From positions 20,292 to 84,291 of the forward strand of contig CANPYJ010000001.1 in assembly GCA_947588275.1 (NCBI GenBank): a stretch of DNA of 64,000 nucleotides. The letters are read 5' to 3'. This stretch comes from an uncultured Alphaproteobacteria bacterium. GTDB lineage: Bacteria > Pseudomonadota > Alphaproteobacteria > RF32 > CAG-239. Made by a program: the position numbers and the translations under genes. The notes beneath the pieces were generated by a model that was not told where the DNA came from, did not search any database, and saw only the letters and a list, made by a program, of their open reading frames with translations. Below are positions 45,927-56,101 of this stretch, piece by piece; within the stretch, counting starts at the first letter, position 1, and each line of letters opens with the position of its first letter.

Positions 45927-47522
45927 TTATGGTTTCGTCAGATAATTTTTGACGATGTTCAATGTCAGCAACGGCGGCAAAATCCGATAATCCTGGTTTT
46001 TGCCGTCATAATAAACATAAAGCGGCACCGAACTGCGGCCAAAGCTCTCAAGCGCCATGGATATTTCGGCGTCGTTGTTGGTCCAGTCAGCGCGAAACAG
46101 ATGGATTCCGCGCTCTTTGGCCAAGGTTTCAAATTCCGATGTTCCCAGCGTGCTGCGCTTGTTTAAGATGCAGGTCAGGCACCATTTGGCCGTAAAGTCC
46201 ACAAACACCGGCTTACCGGATTGAACCAATTGTTCGATTTGAGCTGCGTTATAAGGCTGCCACAACTGATTTTGCACCGGCTGCGGCGCCACCTGATGAT
46301 ACCATATCCAACTCAGCCATCCGAAGGTCAAAATCAGCGGAATGGCCAAAATTTGTTTGAAAATTCTCATCCATTTTCCCGGGCGCGGCAGCCATCTGCC
46401 GATTTTTTGCGGATAAAGCTCCGCCGCCGCAAAGGGCAGGGCATAACCCAGCCCGAGGCTGACAAAAACCCATATGCCGACGCTTGGAGCGGCGTTCAGA
46501 GCATAACCGACGGCAGCTCCCATAAACGGTGCCGTGCACGGAGTGGCAACCAGCACGGCCAAAAATCCGGTGGCAAACGCATTAACAACCGATTGCCGCC
46601 TGGATATCTTGGCGGCCGTTGCGCCTCCCACGGCCGGCAGAGAAATGAAATCAAGCATGGCCAAAGACAATAGCAAAAACAGCACTGCCATTGCCCCGAC
46701 AAACCACGGCGACTGCATTTGAAAGCCCCAGCCGATTAGGCTTCCGCCTTTGCGCAAGACCGTCAACAAAAACGCAATCAGCAAAAAAGAGGCTGTTACT
46801 CCCGCGGTATAAGACAAAGCTTTGGCCAATTTTTGATTGTTCTTGCCTGCCGTTTGGCTCAAAGACACGACTTTTAAGGCCAAAATCGGAAACACGCAGG
46901 GCATGGCGTTCATAATGATTCCGCCGACAAATGCGGCCAAAAGAATCCACTGCAAACGCGCCGGAACGTCTTCCCCGGAACCGGCGGCCGCGGATGAAAA
47001 ACCGGCCTCTTTCAGCAGCATGTCCCAATCCGGCGCGGGTGCGGCTTGAGCAGCCGTCGGCAACGTCAGCCGGAGCGTCTGCTGTTCGGGAAAACACTCT
47101 TCTCCGCAGGCCAACCATCGCACGGTGGCTTCAAGCGGCAGGGTTTGCCCAAGTTCCGGCGGCAAGGCTATTTGTGTGCGATAATAAGCCGTATCGGCAT
47201 AACCATGTTGAATGATTTCCTCATAGTTAAATTCGCTGTCCTGACTCCATTGGACGCCGACAACCCGTGCGCCTATCGGCAACGACCAGTCAACCGTCGT
47301 CGGCATAGCGATTTCACCGGCGTTTTCGCTGAAAATATGCCATCCGGGTTGCATTTTGAATTTGAGCATAATTTCAATCTGCCGCCCGCCCGCTGCGGTA
47401 TCTGCCGAAGTATGCATTTCTACCGTCACATGGTCGGTTTTTTGCTCCGTCTGCATGGCCAAAGCCGCGCCGCTTTTCAAAAGTGTCGCCGCAATCAGCC
47501 AAAAATATGCCAATCTCAACAC
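45927..47522 (-). CDS. dsbD: thiol:disulfide interchange protein DsbD
   Basis: N-terminal DsbD-alpha domain, central 8-TM domain with two Cys, C-terminal thioredoxin fold (CLTC, a CxxC motif). Confidence 0.85.
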   Translation of the reverse strand: MLRLAYFWLIAATLLKSGAALAMQTEQKTDHVTVEMHTSADTAAGGRQIEIMLKFKMQPGWHIFSENAGEIAMPTTVDWSLPIGARVVGVQWSQDSEFNYEEIIQHGYADTAYYRTQIALPPELGQTLPLEATVRWLACGEECFPEQQTLRLTLPTAAQAAPAPDWDMLLKEAGFSSAAAGSGEDVPARLQWILLAAFVGGIIMNAMPCVFPILALKVVSLSQTAGKNNQKLAKALSYTAGVTASFLLIAFLLTVLRKGGSLIGWGFQMQSPWFVGAMAVLFLLLSLAMLDFISLPAVGGATAAKISRRQSVVNAFATGFLAVLVATPCTAPFMGAAVGYALNAAPSVGIWVFVSLGLGYALPFAAAELYPQKIGRWLPRPGKWMRIFKQILAIPLILTFGWLSWIWYHQVAPQPVQNQLWQPYNAAQIEQLVQSGKPVFVDFTAKWCLTCILNKRSTLGTSEFETLAKERGIHLFRADWTNNDAEISMALESFGRSSVPLYVYYDGKNQDYRILPPLLTLNIVKNYLTKP

Positions 47523-48203
47523 TTATTTGCTGCCTTTGTTCAAAACCACAAACCGATAGTAAGCCGTGGAAATTATCACCAGCGTTTTAATCAGGCACCA
47601 GCAACCCAAGACAATCGCCGCCGGCACAAACCACCCCGGCACCACGCACAAAACGACCAGCACAATCAGGGTTTCGGCGCCTTGCGCCCAGCCGCCCAGA
47701 TAAAACGGAGATTCGTTCAAAACCGTCTCAATTCCGCCGTTACGTGAATAAGCCACCACCCCGTAGGCCAGCATGGCGCAGGCCGAGGCCGCAAAACCAA
47801 ACAGCAAAAACGCGGCAGCCGCGGCATTTTGCGCCGTGTCGGCCAAAGCGAACCCGAATATGACCGCGGCATAAAACGTGTAGTCGAGCGCTGCGTCCAA
47901 AAACACGCCGAACGGCGTTTTGCCCTCAATTTTGGCCACAACGCCGTCAAGCGCGTCGCCAAGCCGATTAAGCAAAATGCAGATTAACGCCCAACCATAC
48001 ATTTCCAGGGCCAAAAAGTTGAGGGCCAGCATGCCGACGACAAATCCGCCGATGCTGACGGCGTTGGCCGAAACTCCTTTCTTGGCGAGCCAATGTCCGA
48101 GACGGTGCACGTTTTCGTCCACACAGTCGACGCCGGAGCACAAATTAGTGCGATTATATTGTGTGCGGATATAATTAATGATTGCGTTCAGTTTGTCTTG
48201 CAT
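47523..48203 (-). CDS. CDP-alcohol phosphatidyltransferase family protein
   Basis: DG..AR..G....G..D motif region (NRLGDALDGVVAK...GVFLDAALD). Multiple TM. Start set at MQDKLNAI. Confidence 0.6.
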   Translation of the reverse strand: MQDKLNAIINYIRTQYNRTNLCSGVDCVDENVHRLGHWLAKKGVSANAVSIGGFVVGMLALNFLALEMYGWALICILLNRLGDALDGVVAKIEGKTPFGVFLDAALDYTFYAAVIFGFALADTAQNAAAAAFLLFGFAASACAMLAYGVVAYSRNGGIETVLNESPFYLGGWAQGAETLIVLVVLCVVPGWFVPAAIVLGCWCLIKTLVIISTAYYRFVVLNKGSK

Positions 48204-48297
48204 CGTATAATCCTTTTGCCGGAAGATAAATAATGCGAACATTATAATTCCATTTTTAAACAATGTAAAAACCAACTTTAAGGTTATAAAGAATAAT

Positions 48298-49329
48298 ATG
48301 CGTGCTTTAAGATACATTTCAATAATTTCGGCTCTGATTATTTTGGCCATCTGCTTGTTTGTCCGCCGGCCGACTTATCAGGAATTCGGCGGGCAGATAT
48401 TTCATACTTACTACAAGGTCAAGATTCGCACGACGGCTCCTGACAAAACGCTGCCGGACAAAGTTTTGGCGGCTCTGCGGGAAGTCGACGCGCAAATGTC
48501 GGTCTTTCGAGATGATTCGGAACTAAGCAGGCTCAATCGGGCCGGGCAGGGGAAGACTGTCGCATTGTCAAAACCTTTGGCCGAAGTCCTGAAAACCGCC
48601 GCGCGGATAAATCGGGAAAGCAACGGCGCCTTTGATCCGACGGCGGCCCCGCTGATAGATCTTTGGGGATTCGGCCCGAGTGCGCGTCAAACGCCTCCGT
48701 CCGCACAAGAAATTGCGGATGTTTTGTCTTACAGCCGATTTGACAGCCTGCAATTCAACGCCGATTTTTCGGAAGTCGTCAAACTTGACCGCCGTGTCAA
48801 GCTGGATTTGTCGGCCATCGCCAAAGGATACGCCGTCGACAAAATCGCTTCGCTTATAGAAGCCGCCGGATTCAAGGATTATATTGTCGACATCGGGGGT
48901 GAACTGCGCCTTGCCGGAACCCGCACGACCGACGGCGAACTTTGGCGTGCCGGAATAGGCGTGCCCGAGCAGGACAGTTATGCCAATGCAATGGTGATTG
49001 AGCTTTCGGACATAGCTTTGGCCACCTCGGGAGACTATCGTAATTTTGTGGAACAAGGCGGGCACCGCTGGTCGCACACCATTTCGCCCCAAACCGGTCG
49101 GCCGGCGGCCAATGCATTGGCCTCGGCCACGGTTTTGGCGGCATCGTGCATGGAAGCCGACGCCTATGCCACCGCTCTGATGAGTTTGGGTGAAAAAGAC
49201 GGTCAGGCTTTGGCCGTGCGGCTTAATCTGCCGGTCATATTTTTTGTTCATGACCACGCCGGCGGTTTCCAAAGGCTGACTTCACCGGCAGCTCGCCGTT
49301 TGTTGGGATTCGAAAATGAAACAGATTAG
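48298..49329 (+). CDS. apbE: FAD:protein FMN transferase ApbE
   Basis: ApbE family motifs (DLSAIAKGYAVD, TSGDYRNF). Signal/TM N-terminus. Just upstream of rnf operon. Confidence 0.8.
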   Translation: MRALRYISIISALIILAICLFVRRPTYQEFGGQIFHTYYKVKIRTTAPDKTLPDKVLAALREVDAQMSVFRDDSELSRLNRAGQGKTVALSKPLAEVLKTAARINRESNGAFDPTAAPLIDLWGFGPSARQTPPSAQEIADVLSYSRFDSLQFNADFSEVVKLDRRVKLDLSAIAKGYAVDKIASLIEAAGFKDYIVDIGGELRLAGTRTTDGELWRAGIGVPEQDSYANAMVIELSDIALATSGDYRNFVEQGGHRWSHTISPQTGRPAANALASATVLAASCMEADAYATALMSLGEKDGQALAVRLNLPVIFFVHDHAGGFQRLTSPAARRLLGFENETD

Positions 49330-49735
49330 TCATTATGCCACCATAACCGAAGTTTTGTCCGGCCGTCTGAAAGTCAAATTTCGCCGCTATTCGGCCTGTC
49401 ACAATTGCGACATGCGGCACGGCTGCGGACTGATGGCTTGTCAGGACAAAATCATAGAAATTGCCACGCCTCATGCCGCTCAATTCCGCGTCGGCGAAGA
49501 AGTCGCCGTCAGCATGGCGCAAAATACGGGATTTTGGGCGGTGTTTTTAAGTTATGTTTTGCCGCTCATATTGATGCTCGCTGCCCTCACGGCGGCGCAA
49601 ATCCTCTGGAACAATGAATTAATCAGCGGTATATCTGCTATAATTATCTTGATTCCTTATTATTTCGGGCTATTCTTACGACATAAAAGTCTGGCCGAAA
49701 AATTTCGGTTCACTGTTTCAAAAATCTCTGACTAA
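49316..49735 (+). CDS. rseC: RseC/MucC-family (SoxR-reducing system) membrane protein
   Basis: N-terminal Cys cluster (CHNCDMRHGCG) and two C-terminal TM helices. Commonly linked to rsx/rnf genes. Confidence 0.6.
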   Translation: MKQISHYATITEVLSGRLKVKFRRYSACHNCDMRHGCGLMACQDKIIEIATPHAAQFRVGEEVAVSMAQNTGFWAVFLSYVLPLILMLAALTAAQILWNNELISGISAIIILIPYYFGLFLRHKSLAEKFRFTVSKISD

Positions 49736-49743
49736 GGGACGCC

Positions 49744-50574
49744 ATGGACGACACTGTATTGCTGAGCATCTTGGTTTTAGGCGGAATTGCCGCTGTTTCT
49801 GCCATTGTTTTATTTTGGACTTCGCGTCGTTTTGCCGTGACTGAAGACCTCAAAATTCTGCAAATCGATTCGGTTTTGCCTCAGGGCAACTGCGGCGGTT
49901 GTTCGTATGCCGGTTGTCATGAGTTTGCCCGCGCCTGCGCCGCTGTTGAAGAAAGCGGATTTGCCGCGCTCAACTGTCCGGTCGGCGGGCAGACGGTGAT
50001 GGACAAGATTGCCGAAATCCGCGGTTTTGCCAAGATTGAGAAGAAACCGACCGTCGCTGTTCTGCGCTGTAACGGCACATGCCAAAACGCTCCGCTGAAA
50101 GTACAATATGAGGGCATTTCCAGCTGTCGAATTGCAGCGCGCATTTCCAGCGGTCAGACCGGATGTCCGACCGGTTGTCTGCGCCTTGGAGATTGCGTCA
50201 AAAACTGCCGTTTCGGAGCTTTGAGCATCAATCCGGAAACCAATATTCCGACAGTCGATTATGACAAATGCACTGCCTGCGGCGCCTGTGTCCGCACTTG
50301 TCCGCGCGGTTTGTTTGAACTGCGTTTCCGCGCTCCCGACAAACAAATGCTTTATGTCGCCTGCCGCAATACGCAAAAAGGTGCCGTCGCCCGCAAAAAC
50401 TGCAAGGCCGCCTGCATTGCTTGCCTCAAATGCACCAAACTTAATCCGGAAATCAAAGTCGAAAACAATCTGTCGTATATTCCCGACACAATCTCTGCCG
50501 CCGCTTGCGGTGCCGAATTGCAGGCTGCTTGTCCGACCGGTGCCATTGTTTATAAGGGAGCACAAAAAGCATGA
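49744..50574 (+). CDS. rnfB: Rnf electron transport complex subunit B (polyferredoxin)
   Basis: N-terminal TM + multiple CxxCxxCxxxCP 4Fe-4S motifs. Confidence 0.85.
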   Translation: MDDTVLLSILVLGGIAAVSAIVLFWTSRRFAVTEDLKILQIDSVLPQGNCGGCSYAGCHEFARACAAVEESGFAALNCPVGGQTVMDKIAEIRGFAKIEKKPTVAVLRCNGTCQNAPLKVQYEGISSCRIAARISSGQTGCPTGCLRLGDCVKNCRFGALSINPETNIPTVDYDKCTACGACVRTCPRGLFELRFRAPDKQMLYVACRNTQKGAVARKNCKAACIACLKCTKLNPEIKVENNLSYIPDTISAAACGAELQAACPTGAIVYKGAQKA

Positions 50575-51893
50575 GCAAGATTAAAACTTTCCCCATAGGC
50601 GGCATTCATCCGGACAAACACAAAATTACCACGGATTCGCCTGTCGTTTTTGCCGGATTGCCCGAAGTCGTGACCATTCCGGTCAAGCAGCATATCGGCG
50701 CGCCGGCCAAAATTCTGGTCAAACCGGGCGATAAGGTCAAAGTCGGAACGCTGATTGCCGATGCCGACGGCATTGTTTCTTCAGACGTGCATTCTTCCGT
50801 CAGCGGCGAAGTTGTCAAAGTCGAAGCTGTCGAAGGAGGGGTCGGCTATGTTGAAGATATGATTACCGTCAAAGTCGAAGGCGATGAATTTGAACCTTCC
50901 ATAGATCGCTCGCCGAACATTTCACGCGAGATTCCGTTCAGCGCCGACCAAATTGTGGCCAAAATACGCGAGGGCGGCATTGTCGGTATGGGCGGCGCCG
51001 GTTATCCGACGCCTGTCAAAACCACGGTGCCGGAAGGCAAAAAAATCGACACCCTCATTCTCAACGGAATTGAATGCGAACCCTTTTTGACCGCTGATGA
51101 CCGCTTGATGACAGAAAAAAGCGAACAACTGGTTATCGGAGCCAAGCTCTTAAACAAAGCGCTCGGCATACAAAACGCAATTATCGCCGTTGACGAGAAC
51201 AAACCGCAGGCAATCGCCGCACTAGAAGCCGTTACCAAAACATATGTCGGAGTCAATGTTCAGGTTTGTGCCACCAAATATCCGCAAGGCGGCGAAAAGC
51301 AGCTTATCACGGCCATCACCGGCCGCGAGGTGCCTTCCGGACGCCTGCCTGCCGACGCCGGCTGTTTGGTGCAAAATGTCGGCACGGTGTTTGCCATTTA
51401 TGAAATGGTGATGAAAAACAAACCGTTGTTTGAACGGATTGTCACCGTCAGCGGTGATGCCTGTCTGCATCCGGCCAACTATCTGGTGCGCATTGGTACA
51501 CCGGTTTCGTGGCTGATTGAACAGGCCGGCGGTCTGACGCCCGAGACCTCGCAAGTGGTGTTGGGTGGTCCGATGATGGGAACAGCGGCGTTTAACATCA
51601 ATGCGCCGATTACCAAACTGACCTCAGGCGTGCTGTTGCTTTCCGACAACCTTGTCGCGCGCCGGCCGGAAGCCGAGTGCATCCGCTGCGGCAAATGTGT
51701 GGCCGCGTGCCCGATGGGGCTTCAGCCTTATCTTATTGGCTGGCTGATGCACGATCACCGGATTGACGAGCTCAAAAACACCCACGTCCTCGACTGCATT
51801 GAATGCGGCTGCTGCGCTTATACATGTCCGGCGCACATTCCGCTGTTGGATTACTGCAAATTATCCAAAATGGAACTAAGAAAGAAGAACTGA
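50571..51893 (+). CDS. rnfC: Rnf complex subunit C (NADH-binding, 2x4Fe-4S)
   Basis: RnfC/NqrA-like N-domain. GGAGYPT. Two C-terminal ferredoxin motifs CIRCGKCVAACP / CIECGCCAYTCP. Confidence 0.9.
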   Translation: MSKIKTFPIGGIHPDKHKITTDSPVVFAGLPEVVTIPVKQHIGAPAKILVKPGDKVKVGTLIADADGIVSSDVHSSVSGEVVKVEAVEGGVGYVEDMITVKVEGDEFEPSIDRSPNISREIPFSADQIVAKIREGGIVGMGGAGYPTPVKTTVPEGKKIDTLILNGIECEPFLTADDRLMTEKSEQLVIGAKLLNKALGIQNAIIAVDENKPQAIAALEAVTKTYVGVNVQVCATKYPQGGEKQLITAITGREVPSGRLPADAGCLVQNVGTVFAIYEMVMKNKPLFERIVTVSGDACLHPANYLVRIGTPVSWLIEQAGGLTPETSQVVLGGPMMGTAAFNINAPITKLTSGVLLLSDNLVARRPEAECIRCGKCVAACPMGLQPYLIGWLMHDHRIDELKNTHVLDCIECGCCAYTCPAHIPLLDYCKLSKMELRKKN

Positions 51894-51895
51894 CG

Positions 51896-52861
51896 ATGCT
51901 CAAAATTACGACTGCGCCTCATTTGCAAACTTCTCAAGACATCCGCGGCATTATGCGTGATGTGCTCATCGCGTTACTGCCGGCTGCTGCGGCGGGAGTT
52001 CTGGTTTTTGGAATCAACGCCTTAGTGGTTGTCTTGACTTCGGTTGCCGCCTGCGCCGCCGTTGAATACGCCGCCAACCGCTGGTGGTTCAAAAAAGGCA
52101 ATACCGTTACCGATTTGTCAGCCCTCGTTACGGGTATGCTTCTGGGGTTTAATCTGCCGAGTTCCATGCCGTTGTGGATGATTCTGATTGGCGCGTTTGC
52201 CGCCATTGTTCCGGCCAAGCTTTGTTATGGCGGTTTGGGCAAAAACATTTTCAATCCGGCTCTGGTGGGCCGTGTCTTCCTGTTTATATCGTTTCCGGTA
52301 CAAATGACGCATTGGCCGATACCGCAATTTATGCACATTTTTAACTTTGACGCTCAGACGGCAGCCACGCCGCTCAACATCCTTAAACATTTGAAGCAGG
52401 GCAGTCAGGCGGTTTTGCCGTCAATAAGCGATATGTTTTTGGGCAATACGGGCGGCTGCATCGGAGAGGTCTCGGTCTTGGCGCTGTTGTTCGGCTTTGG
52501 TTGGCTGCTGTGGCGGCGGATTATAAGCTGGCGGATTCCGATATTTTATGTCGGCACGGTGTTTGCCGTCACCGGTGTTTTATGGCTCATCACCGGCGAC
52601 ATCCGTTATCATCCGGTTATTCATGTTTTTTCAGGCGGCTTGATGCTGGGCGCAATTTTTATGGCCACTGATTACGCGACTTCGCCGATGACCATGCGCG
52701 GTCAACTGATTTTTGCCGTTGGTTGCGGCATTTTGACCGCCGTCATCAGACTCTGCGGCACTTATCCCGAAGGCGTATCGTTTGCCATTTTAATTATGAA
52801 TGCCTTTGTGCCGCTGATAGATAAATTTGTCGAACCTCGTTACTACGGGCAGAGGAGGTAG
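51896..52861 (+). CDS. rnfD: Rnf complex subunit D (NqrB-like, FMN-binding membrane subunit)
   Basis: MLKITTAPHLQT start 2 nt after rnfC stop. Polytopic. Confidence 0.85.
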   Translation: MLKITTAPHLQTSQDIRGIMRDVLIALLPAAAAGVLVFGINALVVVLTSVAACAAVEYAANRWWFKKGNTVTDLSALVTGMLLGFNLPSSMPLWMILIGAFAAIVPAKLCYGGLGKNIFNPALVGRVFLFISFPVQMTHWPIPQFMHIFNFDAQTAATPLNILKHLKQGSQAVLPSISDMFLGNTGGCIGEVSVLALLFGFGWLLWRRIISWRIPIFYVGTVFAVTGVLWLITGDIRYHPVIHVFSGGLMLGAIFMATDYATSPMTMRGQLIFAVGCGILTAVIRLCGTYPEGVSFAILIMNAFVPLIDKFVEPRYYGQRR

Positions 52862-52863
52862 TC

Positions 52864-53445
52864 ATGAAAAGCTCATATAAAACCTTTGCCCAAATGCTGT
52901 CGTCCTTGATGATTATTGCTGTGGTCGCGGCCTTTGTTTTGTCATCGGTTTATAAACTCACCGAAAAACCTATTGCCGCCGCCAAAGACAAACGCGAGTT
53001 GGAAGCCATCAAAGAAGTTGTCGGCACGTTTAACAACGATCCGTTTGCCGAGCAAATGACCATTATGACGCCGGATCAAAAACACAAACTGCAATTTTAT
53101 CCTGCGCGGCAAGACGGCGTAATCAATTCTTTTGCCATCAAAACCTTCTCAGACAACGGGTTTGGTGGCCGCCTCGAAATGATTGTCGGCTTCTACATCA
53201 ACGGCGCGATTAAGAACTTCAAAATAACCAATCATCACGAAACTCCGGGGCTTGGTTCAAAAGCCGATGAACCTAAGTTTAAGGAACAGTTTGACGGGTT
53301 CAATCCGCAAAAACGCAAATTTAAAGTCCGACAAGACGGCGGCGAGATTGACGCCGTTACCGCTGCCACCATAACGTCGCGCGCCGTCATTGATGCCATT
53401 CAGCGCGCTTTGGACGCCTACAACAATTTTTATGCTGGAGATTAA
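52864..53445 (+). CDS. rnfG: Rnf complex subunit G (covalent FMN-binding)
   Basis: TM anchor + FMN_bind domain with SGAT-type motif (DAVTAATITSRAV). Confidence 0.85.
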   Translation: MKSSYKTFAQMLSSLMIIAVVAAFVLSSVYKLTEKPIAAAKDKRELEAIKEVVGTFNNDPFAEQMTIMTPDQKHKLQFYPARQDGVINSFAIKTFSDNGFGGRLEMIVGFYINGAIKNFKITNHHETPGLGSKADEPKFKEQFDGFNPQKRKFKVRQDGGEIDAVTAATITSRAVIDAIQRALDAYNNFYAGD

Positions 53446-53446
53446 G

Positions 53447-54043
53447 ATGAATAAAACCTCATATGAGAATTTGACTCGAGGCATCATCAAGGAAAATCCG
53501 ACTTTTGTGATGTTGCTTGGCATGTGTCCGACGCTCGGCGTAACCACCTCGGCTCTCAACGGCCTGGGAATGGGGATTGCCACGCTGTTTGTCCTGATAC
53601 TTTCCAATTGCGCCATTTCGCTCATCAAAAATCTGGTACCGGCACAAGTGCGGATTCCTGCCTATATTGTGGTAATAGCCTCCTTTGTCACCGTCATCGA
53701 TTTGTTGATGGCCGCTTATTTGCCGGCATTGCATGGTGCTTTAGGCATATTTATTCCGCTGATTGTGGTCAACTGCATCATCCTTGGGCGCGCCGAAGCT
53801 TTTGCCTCCAAGCACAATGTGTGGCAATCAATATTAGACGCGGTCGGCATGGGTTTAGGGTTTACAATCGGTCTGACATCTTTGGGAATCGTGCGCGAAG
53901 TTTTGGGCAACGGTTCGCTGTTCAACTATAGTTTTCTGAGCGGCGAAGCAACCCCGCTGCTGCTTTTTGTGATGCCGCCCGGAGCATTTTTGGCGCTGGC
54001 CGCGTTGATTGTCATTTTTAACCGCGTAATGAGGAGAAATTAA
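53447..54043 (+). CDS. rnfE: Rnf complex subunit E
   Basis: NqrD/RnfE family polytopic protein. ATG 1 nt after rnfG stop. Confidence 0.85.
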   Translation: MNKTSYENLTRGIIKENPTFVMLLGMCPTLGVTTSALNGLGMGIATLFVLILSNCAISLIKNLVPAQVRIPAYIVVIASFVTVIDLLMAAYLPALHGALGIFIPLIVVNCIILGRAEAFASKHNVWQSILDAVGMGLGFTIGLTSLGIVREVLGNGSLFNYSFLSGEATPLLLFVMPPGAFLALAALIVIFNRVMRRN

Positions 54044-54045
54044 CA

Positions 54046-54621
54046 ATGTCCTATTTGTTTATATTTATCAGCGCGGTTTTTGTCAACAACATAATTCTTT
54101 CACAGTTTTTGGGAATTTGCCCGTTTTTGGGCGTTTCCAAAAAAATTTCCACTGCCGCCGGCATGGGATTTGCCGTTATGTTTGTAATGACCTTGGCCAC
54201 CATTGTGACTTATCTGGTCTACTACACTTTTTTGCAGCCGTTTAATCTGACTTTTATGATGACGGTTACCTTTATTCTGGTGATTGCGGCGTTGGTGCAA
54301 ATGGTTGAAATCATCATAAAAAAAGTCTCGCCGCCGCTTTATGAGGCTTTGGGCATCTTTCTGCCGCTGATTACCACAAATTGCGCGGTTCTTGGCATTG
54401 CCATTCTGACCGTGCAAAAAAACTACACGCTGGTGGCCGGCGTATGCTACGCCTTGTCCAGTGCCATCGGTTTCACGCTGGCCATCGTCATTTTTGCCGG
54501 CATCCGCGAGCGCTTGGCTTTCAGCCGTATTCCGCCGGCTTTGCAGGGAACACCGATTGCCCTCATAACGGCGGGGTTGCTTTCAATGGCATTTATGGGA
54601 TTCGCCGGAATAGGCAATTGA
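54046..54621 (+). CDS. rnfA: Rnf complex subunit A
   Basis: NqrE/RnfA family, 191 aa polytopic. Confidence 0.85.
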   Translation: MSYLFIFISAVFVNNIILSQFLGICPFLGVSKKISTAAGMGFAVMFVMTLATIVTYLVYYTFLQPFNLTFMMTVTFILVIAALVQMVEIIIKKVSPPLYEALGIFLPLITTNCAVLGIAILTVQKNYTLVAGVCYALSSAIGFTLAIVIFAGIRERLAFSRIPPALQGTPIALITAGLLSMAFMGFAGIGN

Positions 54622-54627
54622 TTCGGA

Positions 54628-55257
54628 CTATAAAAGATTGCGTATCTGACGCACCACGTTTTCAAACATCTGATAAGTCAAAACGCCGGTATTAATGTTA
54701 TAACGCGACGTATGATAAGAATCGGCCAGCCATATTCCTGACGGAAGCTTGTGCATAACGCCGTGGCTGAATTTGTAAGCGCTTTTGCGGCAGCCCAAAC
54801 CGGCCAAAACCGCACCATGTGCCACCGTTCCCAACGCCAAAATAACTTTAAGATGCGGCATCGCCGCCAATTCCTGACGTAAATAAACGCCGCAATTTTT
54901 CACCTCGTCTCCGCTGACTTTGTTTTGCGGCGGCACGCAACGCACAGCATTGGTAACCCGTACGCCGACCAATTCAAAACCGTCGTCTTTGCGCCGATCA
55001 TATGTTCCGCGGGCAAAACCGCAGTTTTTGAGCGCCGGATACAAGACATCGCCGGCATAGTCATTGGTAAAAGGGCGGGCGGTCTGATTGGCGCCGTTCA
55101 GTCCGGGAGCCAGCCCGACGACCAAAACCGAAGCCTCCAAGCTTCCGAAAGACGGCACCGGCCCGTTGTAATAGGTCGGATACTTAATTTGATTTTCGGC
55201 GCGGAAAGCCAGCAGACGGGGACACTGATGACAAGTTTTGTCGGGACATTCAAACAT
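54628..55257 (-). CDS. uracil-DNA glycosylase family 4/5 (Fe-S containing)
   Basis: N-terminal Cys (CPDKTCHQC), GLAPG motif, C-terminal HTSRYN (HPS-like). RBS AAGGAGCAAAAATATG before MFECPDK. Confidence 0.7.
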   Translation of the reverse strand: MFECPDKTCHQCPRLLAFRAENQIKYPTYYNGPVPSFGSLEASVLVVGLAPGLNGANQTARPFTNDYAGDVLYPALKNCGFARGTYDRRKDDGFELVGVRVTNAVRCVPPQNKVSGDEVKNCGVYLRQELAAMPHLKVILALGTVAHGAVLAGLGCRKSAYKFSHGVMHKLPSGIWLADSYHTSRYNINTGVLTYQMFENVVRQIRNLL

Positions 55258-55475
55258 ATTTTTGCTCCTTATGGCTTGTAATTTAAGCATTTTCGTGTAA
55301 ATAAACTCTTAAAAAATAAAAATTAATCCAAAATATCTATATTTTTTTTGCCATTCCCCTTTAAAACCATTCCGGCAAGATTATTTAGTTCTCATAAACT
55401 GCTGAAATATGCGGTTTACGAGTGGACGTCTGAAATCTAACTGTAAAATCTATTTATAAATGGAGTTTTGAAACA

Positions 55476-56036
55476 ATGAAAAAAACATTATTACTTGCAA
55501 GTGTTGCCTGCTTGATTTCGGTTTCGGCCAATGCTCAGCAGTCATTCAGAGACGAATTCAAGCCTTATGTCGGCGTAGACTATGTTTATGACCGTCTGGA
55601 TTTGAAAAATCAGGCCAAATTCCTTAAGAAAAATTACAACTCAGCCATGATTAACGCTGGTGTCGAAATGACCGAATATGCCAGCTTGGAAGCCTTTTAT
55701 CAGCTGAGCGGAACCCGCAAGTCAAACCTTGACAACGGCCGTAAGAAGAAATTTAAATTTGATGCTTATGGTTTGGATTTGTATAGTTATCTGCCGATGG
55801 GCTGCACTCAGAAATTCAGCCTTTTGGCCACGGCCGGCGCCGCGGTTTACGGCACCGAGCTTAAATATGACGGCAAAGACACCAAGAGCCGCGTCGGATA
55901 TCGTGTCGGCGGCGGTGCACAGTATAAGTTCACCGACAACATTTCGGCTCGTGTCGTAGGCCGCTATGGTTATATCGGAACCCGTGATTTGAATCATGTG
56001 GCCGAAGTTACCGCCGGTTTAAGATATGCATTTTAA
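55476..56036 (+). CDS. outer-membrane beta-barrel protein (OmpA-like/OmpW/opacity family)
   Basis: Signal peptide MKKTLLLASVACLISVSANA. Alternating hydrophobic strands. C-terminal GLRYAF. Confidence 0.7.
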   Translation: MKKTLLLASVACLISVSANAQQSFRDEFKPYVGVDYVYDRLDLKNQAKFLKKNYNSAMINAGVEMTEYASLEAFYQLSGTRKSNLDNGRKKKFKFDAYGLDLYSYLPMGCTQKFSLLATAGAAVYGTELKYDGKDTKSRVGYRVGGGAQYKFTDNISARVVGRYGYIGTRDLNHVAEVTAGLRYAF

Positions 56037-56050
56037 GGCAAAAACCAAAT

Positions 56051-56087
56051 AAAAAAACCGCCTCAGTCCGACTGGGGCGGTTTTGTC
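56051..56087. terminator. bidirectional terminator (aaaaaaaccgcctcagtc-cgac-tggggcggttttgtc)
   Basis: Hairpin with A-run/T-run between convergent OMP and Nudix genes. Confidence 0.7.
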
Positions 56088-56101
56088 ATGCATGCCGGCA
56101 T

